From Hemiscyllium ocellatum (lineage: Eukaryota): a DNA stretch of 64,000 bases. Shown here piece by piece: positions 53,810-64,000 of the stretch; the first letter of the stretch is position 1, and every line of letters begins with the position of its first letter. Position numbers and translations under genes: made by a program. The stretch covers positions 10,080,923-10,144,922 of the forward strand of contig NC_083449.1 in the NCBI RefSeq assembly GCF_020745735.1. Reading direction: 5' to 3'. The notes under the pieces are model-generated. The model ran no database searches. It was not told the origin of the DNA and saw only the letters and a list, made by a program, of their open reading frames with translations.

Positions 53810-55210
53810 GAGGAGAGATAATTACAGCAGTAGCTTAGCATTTAAATTTGTTGGAAACACCATCAGAATCTTTAGAGATGGCTAACATTCAATGGAAAAT
53901 TCAACAACTTGAGTTAGAGGCAAAACAGAAGGAAAGGGCGACAGAAACAAAATCTTTTGAATTATGATAAAATGCAGAAGAGAGACTGAGGGGAGAGAGA
54001 GAAAAGGAGAGAAGGGAAAGGAAGAAAGAGAGGGAGTTTGAACTTTGGAAATTGGCACTTCCTGAATTAGTGAAAACTCATGTAGAAGAGCAGAGAGCTA
54101 TAATGGCAAGATTGGTAGTTGAAGTGGCTGATGGTTATGAGTTGGTCCATAAGTCAAAGTTTAGCTTCCAAAACCTATTTCAATCCATGTGGGATAGAAA
54201 TTGAGGATAAGAAAAATCCTCACATGGAAAGGAATTCAGCTCGCTGAAGATCATAAGGATGACTTACCACAGGGTAAAAAGGAAACCCTTGAAGGGGAAA
54301 GGGAAGTTAAAAAGCTCTGGTGTTTTCGTTGCAATACAGTAGGCTACATAAATCAGTGTTGGTGGTTAGGAAAAACACTGGGAAGCCAGATGTAGGAAAC
54401 AGGATAAGCCAGTGAATTTTGTTGGAGAGGGAACAGAAAGCACAATGGAGGTTCGAAACCTGCACCAGAATGTACAAGCTGGTTGGAGGTACCAGGAGCA
54501 GGTAAAGTGGTTACAACATTAAGAGACACAAAGATCCTCTAAATCTGTGATGCTAAAAGATGAGGAGATATGCACCTCTGAAGGACTATTACCAGAAAAA
54601 GGTTCTAGTAACGTGAATTCATGTTGAGACAAGAAACGCTGAATTGTGAGAAATGAGGTTAGTGTCCAGTGAAGAGTGGAAAAGTTGTGGTTGGAGTAAT
54701 CGACAAACTCTCAGCTCCGGAAATATAATTTATCCTTGATAATGATATTGTTGATTCACTGGTAGGAGTGCTGGCTATTGTTGTTGAAAAGCCAATGGAA
54801 ACTCAGGCAACTGAATTATTGCTGGACATATATCCTGGGATTATTCCTGACTGTGTGTTGACAAAGTCACAGTCACCAGTTGAAACAGAAGAGATCAAAG
54901 AGTACAGAGAAGAAAGTTGAAGTGAAATTAGCAGAGACCCTGTCGGATCAGATGGTTGAGACAAACCGGGAACACACAGATGTTTAACTTAAATCTTAAG
55001 CAATTGTATCAAAAAGCATACACAGAAGAAGAATGTGAATCTATCCCTGCATATTCAAAAATTATGTCTTAATGATGAAATGGAGACCATCACATATTCA
55101 GACTGATGAGAAATCTGCAGAAATTGATCGAGTTGTATTGCCAGTGGGTTATAGAGGGAGGTGTCGAATAGCACATGGAGGTCAGTTAGGAGTGAGAAAA
55201 ACTCAGACTT
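53810..55210 (+). mobile_element. Decayed Gypsy-type internal remnant (duplicate of 46100-47880)
   Basis: Colinear similarity with the 46-48 kb copy. Confidence 0.7.
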
Positions 55211-56150
55211 TTGCAGAGATTGTTTGGAATTCACATTTAATTGTCATCTCTGTGTCTGAGAACTATTCAGGAAAGGATTAATTCTGTCCTTCTCAGTCAC
55301 AGATGAACTCCATGAAAATGTGCTCATCCACGTTGGAGGATTTGAGTTATAGGGAGAGGCTGAATAGGTTGGATCTGTTTTCCCTGGAGAGGGACCTTTT
55401 ATTGAGGTTCATAAAATCACAAGGGGCATGGAGAAGTGGTTGAGGCTGGTACAATTACAACATTTAAAAGGCATCAGAATATGTATATGAATAGTTAAGG
55501 GTTTAGATGGGCCAAATGCTGGCACATGGGATTAGATTTGGTTAGGATACCTGATCAGCATGGACGAGTTGGACCGCAAGGTCTGTTTCCATGCTGTACA
55601 TCTCTATGACTCAATGATTCCTTGTGCTCACCAGCAGGACAGGAGTTGCGCCGCGCTGCACTGCACCTTGTCTGGAGATTGTGTTTGTTTTTCATATGAT
55701 TCGATACCAATTGAGTGAGATCTAGAAACTGAGGAACACATGTACAGCTCCGTGAATGGGACTACTCAGCACCGGGGTGCTAATACATTTCAATATCTAA
55801 CTCCCAAGAGACTACCTGAGAGGAAAAACGGCGCAATATCTAATGTTTTTACCAAGACCCATATGTTTGTCCTTTTAGAGGAGTATCCCATTCCTTCAGT
55901 CGGTCTGCGATTCCACTATTGATTGCACACTTTCAACAAACAATGGGAAACAGAATGAAATTTCAACAGGGTTTAGAGCATTAAAAAACCCCAATAATGT
56001 CCCACAGCAGCTTCTGCCCCCTGTGTACCCCTCAGCGGGCCCACACACAGCCCGAAAAAGGCCTCTCTCGTCCGTTCACTCCAAGTTCCAGGCCCAGTTT
56101 CTGCTCCGCTCGGCCTCTTACAAACAGCCCCCGGTTCTCCCTGAACTCAC

Positions 56151-56199
56151 CCCGAATCAATCCCGGTCTCGGAGCCCCCTCTGTGTCCCAGGCTCCCAT
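56151..56199 (-). CDS. Putative coding part of exon 1, copy B (MGAWDTEGAPRPGLIR|G), divergent from H4
   Basis: Identical to 5871-5919; donor GTGAGT at 56150-56145. Confidence 0.55.
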
Positions 56200-56489
56200 C
56201 CCGATGTGCTGCTGGAAGGAGCCTGCTGTTCCCTCGCTTCCCTGGGCGCTGATCTCTCCATTGCGGTCTGTTTCAAACAAACCTCTTACACTCACTGAGT
56301 AAATGCTCCTCAATGGCAGCGCTGGGGAAGGCCTCACGCTTGCGCTGCTCTGGTCAGGAACAATCAGCTTTGGGGAGAAAAGGTTCAGTCCCAGATACAG
56401 TTGGGGCTGGAGTGAGCTGGAGGCGGAGCTGGATGAACAAAGCCTGCTCTGTCTGTCACTCAGTTTCCTCTCCGGATCCGCCCCTCACT

Positions 56490-56540
56490 CTCTGTCAGCT
56501 CTTTCTCAGTCAGGTCGGGCCGGGCTGTATAAAAACGGAA
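56490..56540 (+). promoter_or_regulatory. H4 promoter (site II-like element and TATA)
   Basis: CTTTCTCAGTCAGGTCGG followed by TATAAAA at 56528. Confidence 0.6.
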
Positions 56541-56581
56541 GGGGAGGCAGCTCGGGTCTCATTCAGCAGCGATTGGAGTGA

Positions 56582-56902
<321 letters not shown>

Positions 56903-56934
56903 GGATAAAGCGACCCTTTTCCAGCGAACCCAAA

Positions 56935-56950
56935 GGCTCTTTTCAGAGCC
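56935..56950 (+). terminator. Histone 3' stem-loop (H4)
   Basis: GGCTCT-TTTC-AGAGCC-ACCCA; purine-rich HDE follows. Confidence 0.95.
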
Positions 56951-57708
56951 ACCCAAATCCTCTGATAGAGAGCGGAGACCTGAGGGTGGGGAAGGCGGCA
57001 AGTTGGGAGATGATAGTCTAACCGTTCTATGACATAATTTGTTAATTTACACAGACATGCTGACCCTTTCAGGAAACGATACTTTAATGAGTTTTGATGC
57101 TAGGACACAGCAGGATTTTTTTCATAGCCTGTTCTGTCCACGTGCCTGTTAGACTTTTCAGGCAGCCATTAAGTTGTTTTTCGGCTGATTATGATCTGGT
57201 TGTAATAAAATATCGATTCGGTGAGCTTCCGTAATGTTATCGTGGTACAATTTCAAGATGTTTAAATTGGCGGGGTTGTTTAGATTGATTCGCGGCCGGT
57301 AGACGTTCGGTTGTTCAGTTTATCTGGGCTGTTTTAAACCCAGCCTTTCCTCCCGCCTGTTACAGACAGATCCGGCAATAACCCCGCCTCCTGTCACTAG
57401 GCTTTAATCGATTACTCTCTAGTATCTGAGTTGCGGACGAGTGGCGTAATGTATTTGATTTCAGGGTTTGAGGTTGAGTTCGGTGGGCATTTTGAAATTG
57501 GCCAACTGTCATTTCGTTATCCAATCAGCCTCCAACAATTCTTTTCCTGCCCTTTCCGTCCCTTCCGGAGCTGTTTCTCTGTGGGCTGAGGGACAGGGCT
57601 GTATCCAATCCCAGCTCTAGGGCGGGCTCTCCATTCCCTTAAACAGGCAGCACCGCAGCAGCCTCAGCATTGACAGCAGCAGCCTGTGTGTGTTACAGAG
57701 AGTTGTAG

Positions 57709-58122
<414 letters not shown>

Positions 58123-58174
58123 ACGGAGCCTGGCCGGCCCTGCACATTCACCCCGAGAGAGAGAGAAACCCAAC

Positions 58175-58190
58175 GGCTCTTTTCAGAGCC
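58175..58190 (+). terminator. Histone 3' stem-loop (H3)
   Basis: GGCTCT-TTTC-AGAGCC; GAGAGAGAG HDE. Confidence 0.95.
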
Positions 58191-58246
58191 ACTAAACCAT
58201 CGAGAGAGAGCGGGGAGCGATGAGTTGCATTACTATTGTAATTATA

Positions 58247-58395
58247 AATGAGAATGTTGCTGGAAAAGCGCAGCAGGTCAGGCAGCATCCAAACAGCAGG
58301 AGAATCGACGTTTCGGGCATGTGCTCTTCTTCAGGATTCCTGGATTCTGCCTGACCTGCGCATTTTCAGCTCTGATCTCCAGCCCTCACTTTCTC
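58247..58395 (+). mobile_element. Penelope-like fold-back mini-element, 14-bp TSD; hammerhead on minus strand 58303-58338
   Basis: TSD CTATTGTAATTATA at 58233-58246 and 58396-58409. Confidence 0.8.
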
Positions 58396-59332
58396 CTATT
58401 GTAATTATACAACAAGGAAATAAATAGGCAATGAGTTATAAGCGATATTGACATGGGCAGTGAAGTCATAACTAAGGAGATCTTCTGTGTTAGCAGAATG
58501 TTTTATGACAAATTGGAGTATAATTTTAACATGACATTGTGGTAATGGATTATAAATTCCCGTGAATTTCCCTCTCTGTCTATTCCCGGTGGGGGAAGGA
58601 AGAGATTTGGCGCCAAGAGATCGACTTGCTACTTGCAGATATTGGTATTTTAGGAAGTGCATAGGAGCTGCGTACAGCAGTAATGATGAGTCAGTTAAAC
58701 AAGAAAGTCAGACAGCGGCAGCTGCGATCTCTAGTGATCGCAGATTCTAGGATTTAACTAATGGGAGATGAGATAGAATTGGCGCCAAAAGATCAACGGC
58801 TCAATTTCAAATTTGAAAATCCCACTAATTTGTAGAAAAGAGCGCGAAGTTTTACAGATGAGAATGCGTTGATTTGTCTATCGATTACAGAAGTGTGGTT
58901 CAGTACAATCTCACTTTGCCCCCTTCAGTCCTTTACAGCTGGGGGAAAAAAAAATCACTTGTGGGTATTTAATATGTTTTCTCTCTCTGGAGGCGGAAAA
59001 GAAAGCCTGTCTATGCTTTTAAATATATAGTTTGAGTTACATCAGACTGTACATTTTTGTGAAACATTGTGTCTTACGCTCTTTTATTCTACGTGATGAA
59101 AGCTGCGAAAGCTAGTGCACACAAATAAACCTATTGGGCTATAAGCTGGTGTTGCGTGATTTTTAACTTTGTACACCCCAGTCCAACAGCAGCATATCCA
59201 ACACACAAGTATTCAATTACAAGGCGATAGTGATTGACTGGTCTCAGAAACAAAGTCCAAGCTTCTCCACATTAAAAGTAAAATAAATCCAACAGAGATG
59301 ACGAACTAGCTCCTTTCACAGATGCTGTGAGT

Positions 59333-59348
59333 GGCTCTTAAAAGAGCC
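59333..59348 (-). terminator. Histone 3' stem-loop (H2A)
   Basis: GGCTCT-TTTA-AGAGCC on the minus strand. Confidence 0.92.
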
Positions 59349-59378
59349 TTTGGGTTGGTAGATTCAAGAATGGTCTCT

Positions 59379-59879
<501 letters not shown>

Positions 59880-60763
59880 CTAATGTTGTTTCAATTCCCA
59901 ATCAGAAATCTGCTTCATTCCCGAATCCGGGGAGGAGGGCGGCAACGACAGGCGCTAAATCATCAACCGCTTTGTTTCCAATTTGAAAATCCCGCCAAAG
60001 TCCAAACAAAGGAGTATATTTTACCTGAAAAATGAAGCACAAAAACTGAGGAAGTTCAAAAAACATTAATACACATGTTAATATACTTTTAGTTTACAAA
60101 TGTGTACTTCATACGGTCTTACTCTCCCTCATTTGCCGATCTTTGTCCATTTCTGATCGTGAGAGTGGCTTATTTTCTAAACCCTGAGAAGAAGCTGAAA
60201 CAAAACAGGTCAAACACTGCAGTCTGCAACCTGTCTTTTCTTTTCACATTTCAATACCACCCCGATATGCTCATAAACCAGCATACAACAGTCTTCCGGC
60301 TCAGCATCGACACGTTTTATTAAGACGATATTTTAAAGCTGTCCTCGCTTCTCGCTCTCGATCAGATTCAGCAGAAGCTCCACGCTTCAGCCCGGTAGCT
60401 GTGTTGGTGTTCTCTCGGTTCGCTTTGAAAGTCTCTCACCGACAGCAAGAAGCATTATTTTGCATTGCGAAAAAACGGATCAAACCCGCGCATTGGAAAT
60501 GTAAAGTAAATCAGAAGGTAAAGTGTATCAACCATGAGATGGAAAGACGTGGACATTTGTCTGCCAGGGGTGAACAAGCAAGATGAAAAATTACTCACTG
60601 GCGCTTGATCTGCTCTCAACCCCACTCCCAAATAATTTGCAAAGCACTTATTAACTCAAAAACATGTAGCACAATAATTAAGTTGCCTTATCAAGAATCA
60701 CATGCAAACTCAAACAAACAATCCTGAAAGAAATGGTTCAGCTGTCTCAGGGAAGTTGTAGGT

Positions 60764-60779
60764 GGCTCTTATAAGAGCC
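60764..60779 (-). terminator. Histone 3' stem-loop (H2B)
   Basis: GGCTCT-TATA-AGAGCC. Confidence 0.9.
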
Positions 60780-60822
60780 TTTGGGTTGTGGATGTGTGTT
60801 TGTTTCAGTGCAGTGCGGTCCT

Positions 60823-61203
60823 TCACTTGGAGCTGGTGTACTTGGTCACCGCCTTTGTGCCCTCCGACACGGCGTGCTTGGCCAGCTCCCCGGGCAGCAG
60901 CAGCCGCACGGCGGTCTGGATCTCCCGGGAGCTGATGGTGCTGCGCTTGTTGTAATGGGCCAGGCGGGAAGCCTCCCCCGCGATGCGCTCGAAAATATCG
61001 TTAACGAACGAGTTCATGATGCTCATGGCCTTGGAGGAGATGCCGGTGTCGGGGTGAACCTGCTTCATCACTTTGTAAATGTAGATGGAGTAACTTTCTT
61101 TCCTGGTCCGCTTCCTCTTTCTGCCACCCTTCGCTGGCGTCTTCTTGATGATTTTCTTCGCGCCCTTCTTGGACGTTTGCTGTGCTTTCTTCTCATCAGC
61201 CAT
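60823..61203 (-). CDS. H2B: Histone H2B (divergent N-tail [13 protein letters not shown])
   Basis: Histone fold [19 protein letters not shown]...KYTSSK. Confidence 0.97.
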   Translation of the reverse strand: MADEKKAQQTSKKGAKKIIKKTPAKGGRKRKRTRKESYSIYIYKVMKQVHPDTGISSKAMSIMNSFVNDIFERIAGEASRLAHYNKRSTISSREIQTAVRLLLPGELAKHAVSEGTKAVTKYTSSK

Positions 61204-61254
61204 AGTGCCGCTCACTTTCAGACACAGAGCAAGGAAAAGCGGCCTCGGAGCTGG

Positions 61255-61370
61255 CTTTTGTAGAGTCTGATGACGCCATAAATGCTAATGAAGAATAGAG
61301 GAAGACTTGCTTCTTGATTGGGTAGTTTACATGAAGTCATTCCCAAACATGGAGTCTCTCCGATTGGTTA
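61255..61370 (-). promoter_or_regulatory. H2B promoter: variant octamer, CRE half-site, CCAAT boxes
   Basis: ATGCTAAT 61282-61289, TGACG 61271, ATTGG at ~61318 and ~61363. Confidence 0.65.
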
Positions 61371-61624
61371 GTGTGAGATCCAATGTAGATCTGTCAGAAT
61401 CTGCAATGAAATGTGAAGTGGACGGTGATTCTGTTCCTGTCAGTCTGACTGAGGGAGATTTGTTTTGTGTCTGTTACACAGAAAGTGACTGTGATATCTG
61501 CTCGGTTTCCTTTTGCTCGTTGTTGTGATGATGTGGGAGTGGAAGGGTGTGTTTCTAGCTCCTCATGTCTGTTTCTGGTCCACTCTCTGCGCTGGAAATA
61601 ACACTGAGCTTCCCGCTGTCCTCA

Positions 61625-61925
61625 GAGGTTAGCACTGCTGCCTCACTGAACCAGTGACCCTGCTTCGATTCCAGTTTTGGGCGAGTGTGTGTGGATTTTG
61701 CACATTCTCCCCGTGTCCGAATGGATTTCCTCCGGGTGCTCAGTTTTCCTCTCACAATTCAAAGGTGTGCAGGGAGGTGAATTGGCTATGCGAACTGCCC
61801 ATAATGTTCCAGGATGTGTAGGTTAGGTGCATCAATCAGGGATAAATGCAAAATAATAAGGAATGGGTCTGGGTGGATTACTCTTCGGAGGGTCGGTGTG
61901 CCTAATTCTACAGTGTAGGGATTCT
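61625..61925 (+). mobile_element. V-SINE (HE1-like)
   Basis: tRNA-like head plus V-domain. Confidence 0.8.
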
Positions 61926-63691
61926 AAGAATGTGAGTGTTTTCTACGTTTGGGGTTGATGGAACTCGTTCTCAAATGCGCGGAGTTGGAGAGGGATGAAA
62001 GAAAGTCCATATTTAAAACTTTTCTTGAGTCACGGGTTGAAAATCTCTGTCTTGACTGTGGGATTAATATATTTCTGAGAACTTGATTGCTAACTGTGGG
62101 CCCAGAGACCGAACTGTAACTGTGTGCTTCGCAATTAACTACAATATGTCAGACAAACATTGCTGCAGTTTTTATTTCGGAGTATTGAACCTTCACGCAG
62201 GGACTTAGAGCATTTTTCAATCTCATACGAATGCCTGTTAACCAACAACCGTTAGCATGTTATATGTGTCACTTTAAGTTTGTATCTATCGAGTCTTTAT
62301 TTAGACATTTCGCATGAATTCAACACCTGTCCATTGAGGCTCTGGTCCTCTGTGTAATAGTCAATTAGTGTTACTTCAAGACAGGTTTTATTCTGTATCC
62401 ACCAAACACTGACGTAAGCAGTAAACCTTTATACCATTTGCCTGCCACTTGGAAATGTTCCTCCAATCTGTGCCTATCCATTTCTGGGAGGTAAAGCATT
62501 TTTGTTTCCTATATTTGACAATCTTTACATGTCAGTATGTTACGGGATTGTAACTCAAACCTTCTGAAGTGTAACCTGTTGTTTTTACTCTGTAGGTGTC
62601 AGTCATTAACATAAGAAAGGGTCTCATTTAGTATCGACAATTTTGAGTGTGACCAAACACCACTTTGGACAGTCTCTGGTAGGACTCCGTCCCATTCACA
62701 CCCATATCCTTTGAATATCAGCGTCTGTGCGTTGACAGAAAGTTTGTATTTATAACTGCAGCATTTGGTAAGGGACAATATATTGTACATTGCAGAAACT
62801 GGCAATAACAATGTTACTGCTGATGTTACACTGTTCATGTCAGTTTCTCACGAGTGGATAGCTGCATTGTATCCTAACAATTCATTGTTTTGCAGCTGAC
62901 TCCGATTTCATTCTGTAACTGCCAGTTTGTTGTTTCTAATCTTGTTTTCACTCAGTTTCTGTCAATACACTGGCATGTGAGAGAGCAAATGTTTCAATAT
63001 TTCTAACTTTCAGATGAAATGAATGTTTTTTTTTAATCCATCCCTGTTATGTCACAGGGACTTGTAATTGAATCTGTCAGTATGTGATCTGTGAGCACAC
63101 AATAAGTTAGAGATAAAGTGAAAGGTGAATGATGCCTCTCATTTCTGTCACGCAATTGCAGGGCATATACACTACAGTTATTAATTTCTTTCAGACATGT
63201 GTCAGTTTAAATATCTCAAAACAGAAGACAACAAGAAAAATGAGAAGTCAGCGACATTTTTATCTGCCTGTGTGTACTCAGCTCTGAGAATGGTGTTATC
63301 AAAGTATACCTGTCAGTTTTTTTTATGAATATAAGAACTTTGTTTTAAATCTTATACCTGTCAGTTTCTCCAATGTTTGAGTGCAGTTTTCAATCTGTAC
63401 CTGACAGTTTCAACTAAAAGAATGGATGAGTGAATTTGAAAGTATCTGTGTTCTGTGAATGAGTGAGTATACTTATATTATTTGGCTCTGTTTAAGATGA
63501 CATTTCCCAGAAACAGCAGAAGCTCTTTTTACTTCAAGTCTCTATTGCTCAACATGAATAAGATTTTATCTATTGCCATCCATGTCAGGCTAGCATGGTG
63601 GCACACTGCTGCCAGGGACTCAGTTTCAATTCCAGCCTTGACTCATTGTGCAAACTTCACACAGACATGTTCCCCATGTCTGCATTGGTTT

Positions 63692-64000
63692 TGTTACGGC
63701 ACAAGGTAAACCCCTTTGCTAATTTAAATCCAGCAACACAGAAAAGATTTTTCCTATGCAGTAATCTGTGAAAATATGATTGGCCATGAACTAGTTAAAG
63801 TAAAGATTAACAGCTTTATTTATTAAATTATAACAGAGTGATAACTAACCACTATTTACAACTCCTTCCTCTAACCTATCTTCTATAATACTAGTCCAAT
63901 AGAACTCCTGACTAAGATTTACAAAACAAAACTTCTTATCTCAAAACCAGGTAGCTTTCGGTTCCTTTCTATATTCCTGTCGTCTTTTGTGCTTCTTGGG
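63692..64000 (-). mobile_element. Solo LTR (partial; inverted paralog of 21697-22383)
   Basis: Reverse complement aligns with 22074-22383. Confidence 0.65.

Noticed and set aside
61625-61700. tRNA-like sequence (also ~23830-23900 and ~31790-31860)
   Set aside because: SINE heads followed by the V-domain; no complete cloverleaf.

Overview
Repeat-rich vertebrate DNA, most likely from a cartilaginous fish (shark-type V-SINE/HE1-like SINEs, CR1 LINEs and Penelope-like elements; the taxon is inferred from repeat content). The window holds a replication-dependent histone locus. An intact quartet lies at 56.6-61.2 kb (H4+, H3.2+, H2A-, H2B-), each gene with a 3' stem-loop; no H1 was seen. An inverted, partly decayed duplicate lies at about 22-28 kb: an H2B that lost its promoter and ATG, an intact H2A, and an H3 3' fragment. 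An orphan H2A 3' end fused to a CR1 fragment lies at 50.5-50.8 kb. Interleaved with the histones is an unannotated spliced gene leader. Its GC-rich exon 1 (identical 49-nt coding part, MGAWDT..., a possible N-myristoylation motif) occurs twice, once head-to-head with H4. A phase-compatible 82/55-nt exon occurs five times, accompanied by a ~49-bp minisatellite. No long downstream coding exon is present. Many short Penelope-like insertions are fold-back hairpins with 14-15 bp target-site duplications, centred on minimal hammerhead ribozyme motifs. The rest is decayed CR1/L2 LINEs, Gypsy-type LTR remnants, SINEs and a Tigger-like MITE. Repeat boundaries are approximate (read by eye).
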